Shown here: piece after piece, positions 19,039-28,545 of the stretch
Numbering within the stretch: the stretch's first letter is position 1
Layout: each line of letters opens with the position of its first letter
Assembly: GCA_016869045.1 (NCBI GenBank)
Contig: VGFC01000002.1
Coordinates: 2,777-66,776 of the forward strand
Source of the DNA: Armatimonadota bacterium
GTDB lineage: Bacteria > Armatimonadota > Zipacnadia > Zipacnadales > VGFC01
Direction of reading: 5' to 3'
DNA: 64,000 nt
Translations under genes and position numbers: made by a program
The notes under the pieces: generated by a model
The model's database searches: none
Told to the model about the DNA's origin: nothing
Seen by the model: the letters and a program-made list of their open reading frames with translations, nothing else

Positions 19039-22000
19039 GTGACGCTCTTCCTGCACACCGGAGCAGTACGGACCAGAGCGAGAAGAAGCCTGTGCGCCGT
19101 CTGGGTACTGGCGGCCCTCATCTGCACCGCATGGCCGCTGTGGGCCGCCAACCTGGCTGATCTGGCGGGACCCCTGCGTCAGATCGCAGCGATGGACCGC
19201 GCCGGCGCTCTCAGCCCGTTCGACCCTCTGGCCCGCGAACTTGGGGTCAGGAATGGCCGTGTCCTGGTCGAGGTGCGTTTCACACAGCCGGCCACAGGCC
19301 AGGTCGGCGCCCTCACCCGGTTCGGCGCGCGCGTCCACCGCTCCAGTGGCAGCCGGGCCCAGGCGATCGTGCCGCTCGCCAAACTGGCCGACCTCGCCTG
19401 CCTGCCCACGGTCGCCCAGGTGAACCTCCCCGAACGCCCCGTGCCCCTGCAGATTGGCCCCACCGTCAGCGAAGGCGTCCAGCTCACCAACGCCCTTTCG
19501 CTGCAGTGGGCCGGCCTCAGAGGCATGGGGGTCTCGGTCGCCATCATCGACCAGGGCTTCGAGGGCTACGACGGTGCTGAGCTGCCTACGACCGTCGTCA
19601 CGCGCTCCTTCCGCGCCGACGGAATCATCGACGGAATCACCGAACATGGCACCGCCTGCGCCGAGGTTGCCGGCGACATGGCCCCCGACGTGGACATGTA
19701 CCTCCTGGCCGTTGACACCGACATGGACGCCGAGACCGCCCTGGAGTGGTGCGTCCAGAACGGCATCGACGTTGTTAGCATGTCCCTCGGCTGGCTGTAC
19801 GGGCCGTTCGACGGAACCCACACGTTGGACGATGCCGTAGATCGGGCCCGCCAGGCGAGCATCCTCCCCGCCATCGCCGCCGGTGACTTCGCCAAACGAC
19901 ACTGGGCCGGCGACTATGCCGATGCCAACGCCAACAGCCTCCTGGAGTTCGATACCCAGGACGAGGGCATCAGCATCGTCACCACCGCCGCCGGGGAGCC
20001 CGTGCGGGTCTACCTGAGCTGGTTTCAGACGGCCAGCTCGCTGGGCACGAAGGCCGACGTGACCGATCGGGACTACGACCTTGAGTTGGTCGATCCGACG
20101 GGCGTAACGATCGCCACCTCCGCCGTCACCCAGAACGGGAACGATCCGCCCAGTGAAGTCCTCGTCGCCTTCGCCGGCGCACCGGGCACCTACGACGTCC
20201 GCGTCCGCGCCATGAGCCCCAACATCGCCACTGGGCCCACGGACCACTTCGAGCTGTTTTGCGAGACGCACGACCTCGATCCGGTGCTTCGGACTGCCGA
20301 GGGCAGTCTCTCGATTCCGGCCGCCGCCGCAGGGGCGCTCACCATCGGCGCCACGCGCACAGTTGCCGACCTCCCCGACCCAATCGTGGACTTCCCGTTG
20401 GACACCCTGGAGGACTTCAGCTCCCAGGGCCCCACGGTGGACGGACGCCTGAAGCCGGACCTGTCCGCGCCGGATGCCGTCCAGACCTCTCTGGACACGC
20501 AATCGGGAGCCTACAACACGTACAACCCCTTCTTCGGCACTTCCGCCGCTGCCCCCCACGTGGCCGGCGGCGCGGCCCTGCTGAAATGTGAGGACCCGAC
20601 GCGGACCGCCGACGAACTGGCCGACGTCCTGGTGCGCCTGGCGACCGCCCAGAACCTCATTACTCCGATCCGGCTTACCGACTCTTCGATTGCGGCCCCT
20701 GAGCAGGCCGGAGCCGGACGTCTGACGCTGCGGTCTGGGCTGGACACCAAACCACCTACGATCTCGATCACCTTCCCGATCAACGGAACCACCATTACGA
20801 CGGCGCAGCCCACCGTCGTGGGTGTCATCACCGACACGGAGACCGGCGTCGATCAGGGCACGATCGTGCTGACCGTCGATGGCACGCCCGTCCAATGGGA
20901 CTCCTTCAACCCGGGCTCCGGCGTTGTCTCCTACATGCCCCCGGATCCTCTCAGCCGCACGGCTCACACGGTCATGCTGGAAGCCAGCGATCTGGCCGGC
21001 AACGCCGGCACGCCCGCCGTCACCAACTTCCGCGTCGGGCTGCCGACCCTGAGCGCCGGCCTGCATCTCATCTCGCTGCCCTACCGCAATCTGCGGAACC
21101 CGAACCCGGCCGCCATCTTTGGGGTCGCTCTCAACGAGCTTGGCCTTGTCCGTTGGGTCCCGACGGATCCCTACTTCAGCAAGTACCGCATCTTCCCCGA
21201 TCCGCTGGCCGGCTTCCAACCGCCCGATTGTACCGGCGCCAACCCAACCGTTGTCTCCCCGCCCGCGGGACTCGGGTACTTCGTCAGGCTGCCGCGCGAG
21301 ATCGTACTGAACGTCGCCGGCGAGACGCTCGCCGACACCACCAGCTACACCATTCGGCTGCCTCTGGGTACGGCCGAACCTACGGGCTGGCACATGATCG
21401 GCAACCCGTACCAGGACGAGGTGGACTGGTCCACCGTGCAGTTTGTGACGAACGGTGTTCGCCAGAACCTCGACGACGCCATCGCCTCCGACGTCACCGA
21501 GGGCATCCTCTTCTGGTATGACGAGACGAGGAACGGCTACGACTTCGTCGAGCCGCAGAGGGCCGTGCTGGAACCCGGGGAAGGCTACTGGCTGCACGTG
21601 CAGGTCTCTACCGCCGTCATCATCTATCCCGCCACGGTGACGGCGGGCGTCACGGCGCGACCCAAGCCCTCGGCCCCAACACCGCGCCCGACGATAGACA
21701 ACTGGAAGGCGCAGATTGTGGCCGACGTACCCGGCATGTCGGACGCCTGCAACTACCTCGGCGTAGCGCCGAACGCCTCCAGCGGCCATGACGTCGCCGC
21801 CGATGTCCCCGAGCCGCCCGCCATCGGCGACTCGTCAGTGAGCCTCTACTTCCCGCACTCTGATTGGGGTTCAGCGAGCGGGGCCTACACGCAGGACCTC
21901 CGGGCCCGTGCCGCCTCCGCCCAGGAGTGGCGCTTCGACGTCGTCGGCCCGAAGGACGGGACCCCCGTGACGTTGTCGTGGCCCTCGCTCAACGCCACCG

Positions 22001-22434
22001 TCCCGGGTGAGTTGACCCTGCGCCTCGAGGATCTGGCGACTGGGCGCTCCGTCTACATGCGGGGCGTCACCTCCTATAGCTTCAAGGCGTCGGGCATCCG
22101 GCACTTCGCGGTAACCGCTGAGCGGGCGGGAACCGGCGGGTTGCAGATCACCGCGCTCTCCGCCGCCCAGGCGCGCGACGGCAGCGTCGTCGTGACCTAC
22201 GAGCTCTCGACCCCGGCCGCCGTCTCGGCCGAGGTCCGCAACATCGCGGGTCGGGTCGTGCGCGGTCTGATCGCAGGCCGCAATGCGGCCAAGGGGCTGC
22301 AGACCCTGACCTGGGACGCCCGCAGTGACGCAGGTGTCAAAGCACCGGCCGGCGCCTACCTGCTGGTGCTGACGGCCCGGACGGCCGACGGCCAGACGGT
22401 CAGCAGGCTCTGTCCGATCAATGCTACTCGATAG
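19039..22434 (+). CDS. Secreted subtilisin-like S8 serine peptidase with Ig-like domain and shared C-terminal FlgD-Ig module (1131 aa)
   Basis: Triad motifs VAIIDQGF (D), EHGTACAEV (H), FFGTSAAAPHVAGGAALL (S). SD GGAGGAGG before GTG 19039. C-terminus VRNIAGRVV...LTWD...KAPAGAYLL. Confidence 0.9.
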   Translation: MTLFLHTGAVRTRARRSLCAVWVLAALICTAWPLWAANLADLAGPLRQIAAMDRAGALSPFDPLARELGVRNGRVLVEVRFTQPATGQVGALTRFGARVHRSSGSRAQAIVPLAKLADLACLPTVAQVNLPERPVPLQIGPTVSEGVQLTNALSLQWAGLRGMGVSVAIIDQGFEGYDGAELPTTVVTRSFRADGIIDGITEHGTACAEVAGDMAPDVDMYLLAVDTDMDAETALEWCVQNGIDVVSMSLGWLYGPFDGTHTLDDAVDRARQASILPAIAAGDFAKRHWAGDYADANANSLLEFDTQDEGISIVTTAAGEPVRVYLSWFQTASSLGTKADVTDRDYDLELVDPTGVTIATSAVTQNGNDPPSEVLVAFAGAPGTYDVRVRAMSPNIATGPTDHFELFCETHDLDPVLRTAEGSLSIPAAAAGALTIGATRTVADLPDPIVDFPLDTLEDFSSQGPTVDGRLKPDLSAPDAVQTSLDTQSGAYNTYNPFFGTSAAAPHVAGGAALLKCEDPTRTADELADVLVRLATAQNLITPIRLTDSSIAAPEQAGAGRLTLRSGLDTKPPTISITFPINGTTITTAQPTVVGVITDTETGVDQGTIVLTVDGTPVQWDSFNPGSGVVSYMPPDPLSRTAHTVMLEASDLAGNAGTPAVTNFRVGLPTLSAGLHLISLPYRNLRNPNPAAIFGVALNELGLVRWVPTDPYFSKYRIFPDPLAGFQPPDCTGANPTVVSPPAGLGYFVRLPREIVLNVAGETLADTTSYTIRLPLGTAEPTGWHMIGNPYQDEVDWSTVQFVTNGVRQNLDDAIASDVTEGILFWYDETRNGYDFVEPQRAVLEPGEGYWLHVQVSTAVIIYPATVTAGVTARPKPSAPTPRPTIDNWKAQIVADVPGMSDACNYLGVAPNASSGHDVAADVPEPPAIGDSSVSLYFPHSDWGSASGAYTQDLRARAASAQEWRFDVVGPKDGTPVTLSWPSLNATVPGELTLRLEDLATGRSVYMRGVTSYSFKASGIRHFAVTAERAGTGGLQITALSAAQARDGSVVVTYELSTPAAVSAEVRNIAGRVVRGLIAGRNAAKGLQTLTWDARSDAGVKAPAGAYLLVLTARTADGQTVSRLCPINATR

Positions 22435-22481
22435 ATCGCCGCGTGTGCTGTCGGCAGCACCTGAGAGGAGTTGAACCGCTC

Positions 22482-25232
22482 GTGCGAATGCGCTATGGCC
22501 ATCTGGTCATCGGCTTCGGTGTTGTGGTCCTGGCGAGCGCGCTGATCGCCGGGGTTGCGTGGGGGGTGGATGACCCCGCGGGCGTCATGCGTCTGTACGT
22601 TGAGGTCCCCGACTGGGTGATCGACCCTACCGACACCCAGAACGGCCCAGCCAGTCGCTTCGGGCTGCAGACGCTTACCGGCGATCCGACCACCCTGAAT
22701 GACGACAATGCGATCGTCGCCAGCGTGGTGGACCCCACGAACAACCTCAACACCTACTCCTCGATCACCACCATTTCGATCGACAACTCCGACGCCCAGG
22801 CGACCGACACCGTCATGGCTGACCTGAGCACGATCCAGGACGGCGGCGGTCGCGAATTCTGGCCTCTGCCGCCTACTGAGCGGACCCGCGACGTCGTCTA
22901 CCGCATGCTCGTCGGCATTGACGACAACGATCCCTCCCAAGCGGTGGAGGTCATTGAGGTCTACGCCCAACTAGTGCTGCTGCGCGACACGCTGAAGCTG
23001 GATTTCGTGCTCACCAACCGGGGCACACAGACCCACAGAGTCGGCCTTCGCCACTTCATCGACTGCCAGTTCGGCGGCGGTCTGCAGCAGAACGACGGCA
23101 CCTTCATCACCCTCTCCGACGGCAGGATCATCGACACTGAGACTGTCCTGGGTGTCACGGAGTCCGTCCCCGATGCCTGGGTCTCGTTCGACAGTACCAG
23201 CAACCCCGCCGTCATCTTGCGCGGCACCATCACGGGCGGCGAGGTCGACGATCCGGGGCTGGCGACCTACTCCGCAGGTGCGCCCGACCGTGTCGAATTC
23301 GGCCAGCGGATCAACATGGGCAATGACGATCAGTTCGACTTCACCCCCACTTCCACGTTCACGATCGCCGGCGAGGACTGGGGCGCCGCTACGCGCTGGG
23401 ACGAGGAAACCCTCTCTGTGGGGGCTTCGCGCCGCTATGTAACCTACTACGGGCTGGGCGGCAGCGCCTCGGACTTCACGCCGCCCTATGTCCTGGCCTC
23501 GTATGCCCCCTTCGAGTTGCAGGTCATCGAGGATGACGATCCCACCACTCCCGACGTTGAGGACGCCTACCTCGCCGATAGCTCCGGGAGTGCCATCTGG
23601 GACGTGCTCGCCTACTGCGACAACTTCGGCGCCGGCTCCATCCTCGACGCTCGCGCCACAATCAGCCTCCCCCCGGGCCTGGAGCTTGACCAGACCCAGG
23701 GCATGCAGTCCCGAACCGTACTCCTTGGCAGCATTACCCGCAATGCCCAGGCCTCCGCCGTCTGGCATGTTCGTGCAGTCCCCGGCGTCCGGCCCGGCGT
23801 GCACACGATCACGGTCAGCGGCCCGCTCGGCCGCAGCGTCACCCGGAAGATCAACATCCCCGCCCTGCCGACGCTGCCCCAGGACGGACTCGATCCCGTC
23901 CGCGGCCTTAGCATGGTGACGGTGCCCTATATCTTCCAGATGACCGACGCCGAGCATGTCTTCCAGAGCCTCGGCAGCCTCCAGGGCTCTGACGCCGCCC
24001 TGGTCCGCTGGGATCCGCGGTCCCAGATCTACCGCTTCTTCCCGGACAACTTCGTGACCAATATCGAGCCGGGCGCGGCCTACTGGCTACTCAACCGTCT
24101 CCGGTTGCCGATCACATTCCCTGACCCGCCGGATCGGCAGCCCGTGCCGACCACCGACCCGTTCGCGCTGAACCTGGACATGGGCTGGAACCAGATCGGC
24201 TGTCCGTTCACCACCACGGTGCGCTTCGATCAGGTGAAGATCGTAGGCTCGGACGGCATTGAGCGCTCCGTTCTCGATGCCGCCAGCGCTGGCCTGATCG
24301 TGCCCACACTCTTCGCCTACGATCCCGCCCAGAACGACTACACTTTCCACACCGTCCTGGGGAACATGGTGATGGAGCCCTACGTCGGCTACTGGCTGCT
24401 CGTTCTGCGGCCCATCACATTCGTCTTCCCTGCACCCACAATCATGCCGTTCAAGGCGCAGCCGACCTCACCTGCTCCTACCGCCCCGGACGGTTGGCGC
24501 GTCCCGTTGGTGGTCAAGGGCGGGGACCTGGAGCGCACGAACCGCGCCCTGGGCACGGCGGACGGGGCCGCCGACGGCCCGGACCTTGCCGATGTGATGT
24601 GTCCGCCTTCAGCCGCCGCACCAAACGGAGCGCGCCTGGACGCGTACTTCCTGTGCGACGGGTGGGGCCCGCGTTCCGGTCGCTACTACACTGACGTCCG
24701 CAGCGCCCGGCCCGGCAAGCAGAGCTGGAGTTTCGTCGTGGACACCGACATGTCCGATCAGCCGATCAGCATTTCGTGGCCGGATCTCAGTCAAATGCCC
24801 CAGAACCTGATCGCCACGCTGGAGGACCTGCAGAGCGGCCGCGTCCGATTCATGCGGACCAGCACCTCCTACACCTTCGGCTCCAGCCAGGGCGGCCCCC
24901 GCCAGTTCCGGGTCACCGTGGAGGACCGAGGCGCTGCAGCCCTGCAGATCATGGGCTTCAACTGCGCTCCGACCGCCCAGGGCGTGCAGATGAGCTACAC
25001 GCTCAGTGCCCCGGCCAGCGTGGATGTCGTGGTCCGCAACATCGCCGGCCGTGTCGTGAAGCGCGTCGTGCAGTCCCGCCAGACGCCGGCGGGCGAGGCC
25101 GTCGTCACCTGGAGCGGTCAGCAGGACAACGGCCTGCTCGCTCCCAACGGTGCATACGTGATCCAAGTCGTCGCCAGGTCGCCCGAGGGCGAACAGACAG
25201 GGCTCTTGCGCACGGTCTACTATCATCGGTGA
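22482..25232 (+). CDS. Secreted protein (about 915 aa) with uncharacterised beta-rich N-terminal region and shared C-terminal FlgD-Ig module
   Basis: Signal-like YGHLVIGFGVVVLASALIAGVAWG. C-terminal GWNQIGCPF, EPYVGYW, WPDLSQMP, VRNIAGRVV, APNGAYVI. Start at 22482 or 22488. Confidence 0.75.
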   Translation: MRMRYGHLVIGFGVVVLASALIAGVAWGVDDPAGVMRLYVEVPDWVIDPTDTQNGPASRFGLQTLTGDPTTLNDDNAIVASVVDPTNNLNTYSSITTISIDNSDAQATDTVMADLSTIQDGGGREFWPLPPTERTRDVVYRMLVGIDDNDPSQAVEVIEVYAQLVLLRDTLKLDFVLTNRGTQTHRVGLRHFIDCQFGGGLQQNDGTFITLSDGRIIDTETVLGVTESVPDAWVSFDSTSNPAVILRGTITGGEVDDPGLATYSAGAPDRVEFGQRINMGNDDQFDFTPTSTFTIAGEDWGAATRWDEETLSVGASRRYVTYYGLGGSASDFTPPYVLASYAPFELQVIEDDDPTTPDVEDAYLADSSGSAIWDVLAYCDNFGAGSILDARATISLPPGLELDQTQGMQSRTVLLGSITRNAQASAVWHVRAVPGVRPGVHTITVSGPLGRSVTRKINIPALPTLPQDGLDPVRGLSMVTVPYIFQMTDAEHVFQSLGSLQGSDAALVRWDPRSQIYRFFPDNFVTNIEPGAAYWLLNRLRLPITFPDPPDRQPVPTTDPFALNLDMGWNQIGCPFTTTVRFDQVKIVGSDGIERSVLDAASAGLIVPTLFAYDPAQNDYTFHTVLGNMVMEPYVGYWLLVLRPITFVFPAPTIMPFKAQPTSPAPTAPDGWRVPLVVKGGDLERTNRALGTADGAADGPDLADVMCPPSAAAPNGARLDAYFLCDGWGPRSGRYYTDVRSARPGKQSWSFVVDTDMSDQPISISWPDLSQMPQNLIATLEDLQSGRVRFMRTSTSYTFGSSQGGPRQFRVTVEDRGAAALQIMGFNCAPTAQGVQMSYTLSAPASVDVVVRNIAGRVVKRVVQSRQTPAGEAVVTWSGQQDNGLLAPNGAYVIQVVARSPEGEQTGLLRTVYYHR

Positions 25233-25354
25233 TCCCTCGGCTGTCGCGGCGGGCCCTTGTGTCCGCCCATGCCCGAGGAACCGTTCGTCACACGCGTCGC
25301 CACTAGTCGAAGCATGACGGGGCTGCAACGCCTCAGCCGGGAGGGAAACGGCTC

Positions 25355-26428
25355 ATGATCAGACTTCGCTGCCACAGGTTGGGCAGAGCCCTGAGCTTCA
25401 CGCTTGTCGCCGCTCTGTTGTTCGGCATCGTCGTCCCGCGTGGCCTGGTGCTCTGTCCGCGGGCCGCGGCCCAGATGGACACCAAGACCGTGCTCGCATT
25501 CCCTGCCGTTGACGAGAGTGACGAAGGCAACCTCGAGGAGGTCGCGGCGCGTGTCAGCTCGGCCTTGGCTCTCGCCGGGCAAGCCTCCAAGAGCCTTGAC
25601 CTCGAGGTGTTCTCGCCCTCCTCGCCGATGGTGCGTCGGGCCCTCGCCGACGGCAGCCTACGAACCGCCGACGTCGAGGCACCCAAAGACGCCGCCAATG
25701 CCCTGATCATCGGCCAGGCCTTCCGCGTCGATACCGTGGTCCTGCTTTCCGTGCAGAGCCTCAAGGTCGGGGGCGATCCACGGGAGGCCGAGATCGCCGT
25801 CATGGGCACCGAGTACGACGTAGCCACGAACGTAGACGCCGATACGGGCGCCATCGTGGCGGAGCCCAAGGGCAACACCTTCGGTGTGTCCGGCCAAGCC
25901 AAGGCCCGGCAGGCCAAAGCCGGCGACGACGCTGGGCTGATCCGCCTCGCCGCCAAGAACGCGGCCGACAAGATCGTTGGCGTACTCTCTGGCCAGACCG
26001 CCCAGACGTTCGAGAAGGAGGGCGTCGGCCCTCGGAAGCGCTCGAACACCTGGCGTTGGCTGGCCATTGCCATCATCGTCGGCGCCTTGGCTGCCGCGAC
26101 CATCGGCAGCGGCGGCGATGATCCCGGACCGCCGGTGGATGAGACGATCCCGACGCGCTGTTCCGCTCGGGCGACGACCGATGGCATCCGCCTCACCTGG
26201 GCACCGCCGACGACGATCGCCAAGACCATCTTCAAGTACGAGATCCAGCGTTCGGCGGATGGCGGCGTCTTCGTGCGCATCGATAACGACAAGCTTGGCC
26301 CGAGCGCCGACCGGTTCACCGACTTCAACATCGTCACGGGGACAGCCTACGTCTACCAGATCCGGGTGCTCTACACTGACGGAACGAGTTCCATCTGGGT
26401 CACGTTCAACCAGGTGGTAGCGCCCTGA
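25355..26428 (+). CDS. Exported protein (357 aa): CsgG/TolB-N-like domain, TM helix, FN3 domain; shorter paralogue-like partner of 15298..17340
   Basis: Signal ending AAA-Q. KTVLAFPAVD...IGQAFRVDTVVLLSV. TM WRWLAIAIIVGALAAATIGSGG. FN3-like IRLTWAPP...YEIQRS...FTDFNIVTGTAYVYQIRV. Confidence 0.65.
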   Translation: MIRLRCHRLGRALSFTLVAALLFGIVVPRGLVLCPRAAAQMDTKTVLAFPAVDESDEGNLEEVAARVSSALALAGQASKSLDLEVFSPSSPMVRRALADGSLRTADVEAPKDAANALIIGQAFRVDTVVLLSVQSLKVGGDPREAEIAVMGTEYDVATNVDADTGAIVAEPKGNTFGVSGQAKARQAKAGDDAGLIRLAAKNAADKIVGVLSGQTAQTFEKEGVGPRKRSNTWRWLAIAIIVGALAAATIGSGGDDPGPPVDETIPTRCSARATTDGIRLTWAPPTTIAKTIFKYEIQRSADGGVFVRIDNDKLGPSADRFTDFNIVTGTAYVYQIRVLYTDGTSSIWVTFNQVVAP

Positions 26429-26555
26429 GGGGCTGACTCACTGACGTGATCACAAACTCGCTTCACGCACGGGGACCCTGTAGCCAGGCCTCCTGAGGGA
26501 GCCTGGCTTCCGTGCTCCCCGACCCAACCCGCGTCGGCGCTCCGGAGGAATCGCC

Positions 26556-28535
26556 GTGTCGCGATCCGGCAAGTGGCGTCTATGGGCCCTCGCCGCCTCG
26601 GCCGCGGTCGCCGCTCAGGGCGGCGCCCAGACGATCCGCTTCGGTGGGAACCGCGTAGTGATCACCGCCAATCCCGCCCAGTTGCCCGCGGACGGCACCA
26701 CCGCTTCCCGCATTCGGATCGAGGTTCGAGGCCGCGATGACGCCCCCGTGCCGGATGGGACCGAGGTCATCATCGCCACGGACATCGGCGACCTCACGGC
26801 CGACCTCGGCTCCAAGCAGCGCTCGGCGGCCGTCCGCACCGAGGGCGGGTACGCCATCGTCCTCCTGACCAGTGAGGAGCCTGGTACGGCGACGATCCGC
26901 GCCACCTACCTGGACAGCCGCAACCAAGTGATGGTCGAGTTCCTGCCTCCGGGCGAGGCGGGCAAGCGAGAGTCCCGGGTCGTGCACGTGACCGGCGGAT
27001 GGGTCGGGTACTGCACCGACATGGACCTCGTCGAAGCCCGCGGCCCCGCCGAACTGCGCTACCAGGGCCTTACCATCGAGGCCGACACCCTCCAGCTGAA
27101 CCCCCGCACCCTCGTCGTGAAAGCCGACGGCGTTCGGCTCAAGCGCCGAGACCAGGAGCTGCAGTGCGAGGACACGTACCTCGAACTCAGCACCATGCGG
27201 GGCGGCTGTCGCCGCTTCGGCGACATGGGCGTTGAGGAGATCACGTACAACGCCTACACGCTGAAGCCGACGGAAGCTGAGCAGCAGATTCCCCAAGACG
27301 CCTATCGCTTTGATGACCGCGAGGGCCGCGTCTGGACGGTCGCTCGCTCGCTGTCCCTGTTCCCGGGCGAGAAGATCGTGCTGCGCAATGCCAGCCTGCA
27401 CGTCGATCAGCACCGGGTCATGCGCTACCCGCCCTACTGGGTGATCGCCTTCGAGGGCTACCGAGGCTCGAGCAACACGCAGTTCCTGCAGTTCGATAGC
27501 ACCGGCGGGCTCGCCCTGGACTTCCCGCTCTTCTTCAGTGTCACGGATACGTCTACGGGTGCTCTCAAGATCCAGCGCGGGGCCTCCAACGGCAGCGTGA
27601 TGGCCCGCGAAGGCTGGTCCCTCGCTCTGGAACTCACCAACCAGAGCCTCACCCGCGAGCGCGAGACCCAACTGCTCATCGACGGGCTTCCGAAGGACCA
27701 GTGGGGTCTTCTCCTCACGGACCGACGGAAGCTCTTCGGCGGGAGCGACGCAGACTTCAGCTTCGCCTGGCCCGACCACCGCAGCATCTTCACCGACTTC
27801 AGCGTGTTCAACTACGGCTCGGCCGGCCACCTGGCCGCCCGCACCTTCGCCGACCGGACCGAGTTGGGTGAATGGTCCTACGGCTTCAACGCCGACTATC
27901 TCAGCAACTCGATCCCCGTGGGGCCTGCCGCTCGCCTCCGCTGGGGCACCGGCCTGCAGGCGGGCCGGAACCCCTGGGACACGAACGGCTTCGTGGTCGG
28001 GCACCGCGCGTCCACCTACTTCGACTTCACCGGCTGGCAGCCGAGCAGCTCAACCTCCCTCGTGCCCGGAATCAGTGACACCTTCTCGTGGGACACCGCC
28101 AACCGTCGGCAGAACGTGGCGCGGCTCCAGCTGTCCCTCAACCACCGACTCGCGAAGGGCATCAACGCGAACGTGCGCTACAGCTTCGAGCACCGCACGG
28201 GCGGCGGGACGTACGATCCGCTCGACACCCGCAATGGGATCAACCAGCAGCTCAACCTGAACGTCAACGCCTATGCCTCCAAGCGGTGGGACGCGTATCT
28301 CAACGGCAGCTACGGCCTCACGGACGAGACGGTCTACGGCTTCGGCGCGCTGAACTACCACCCGCTGCCGAAGTACCGCATCGGGCTCATCGGCACGTAC
28401 TACAAGTTCACCGACCAGTCGTTCAGCGATCTTGAGGTCAGCCTCAACCGCGCCCTCGGCAACCGCGAGATCGGGGTCCGTTACTCCACCACCGATGACC
28501 GCGTCTCCCTGCAGTTCGGCGCCATGCAGTTCTGA
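26556..28535 (+). CDS. Outer-membrane beta-barrel protein, LptD-like, with N-terminal invasin/Big_1 Ig domain (659 aa)
   Basis: Signal peptide. LPADGTTASRIRIEV...PVPDGTEV...GTATIRA (Big_1-like). ELRYQGLTIEADTLQL (OstA jellyroll-like). Alternating aromatic beta-strands and a C-terminal Phe (AMQF). Confidence 0.65.
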   Translation: MSRSGKWRLWALAASAAVAAQGGAQTIRFGGNRVVITANPAQLPADGTTASRIRIEVRGRDDAPVPDGTEVIIATDIGDLTADLGSKQRSAAVRTEGGYAIVLLTSEEPGTATIRATYLDSRNQVMVEFLPPGEAGKRESRVVHVTGGWVGYCTDMDLVEARGPAELRYQGLTIEADTLQLNPRTLVVKADGVRLKRRDQELQCEDTYLELSTMRGGCRRFGDMGVEEITYNAYTLKPTEAEQQIPQDAYRFDDREGRVWTVARSLSLFPGEKIVLRNASLHVDQHRVMRYPPYWVIAFEGYRGSSNTQFLQFDSTGGLALDFPLFFSVTDTSTGALKIQRGASNGSVMAREGWSLALELTNQSLTRERETQLLIDGLPKDQWGLLLTDRRKLFGGSDADFSFAWPDHRSIFTDFSVFNYGSAGHLAARTFADRTELGEWSYGFNADYLSNSIPVGPAARLRWGTGLQAGRNPWDTNGFVVGHRASTYFDFTGWQPSSSTSLVPGISDTFSWDTANRRQNVARLQLSLNHRLAKGINANVRYSFEHRTGGGTYDPLDTRNGINQQLNLNVNAYASKRWDAYLNGSYGLTDETVYGFGALNYHPLPKYRIGLIGTYYKFTDQSFSDLEVSLNRALGNREIGVRYSTTDDRVSLQFGAMQF

Positions 28536-28545
28536 TGCTCTGCCG

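Noticed and set aside
10040-28535. Canonical T9SS, curli (csg) operon or flagellar hook-cap (flgD) assignment
   Set aside because: No PorK/L/M/N/SprA, CsgA/B/E/F or other flagellar genes are present; only fold-level resemblance is supportable.
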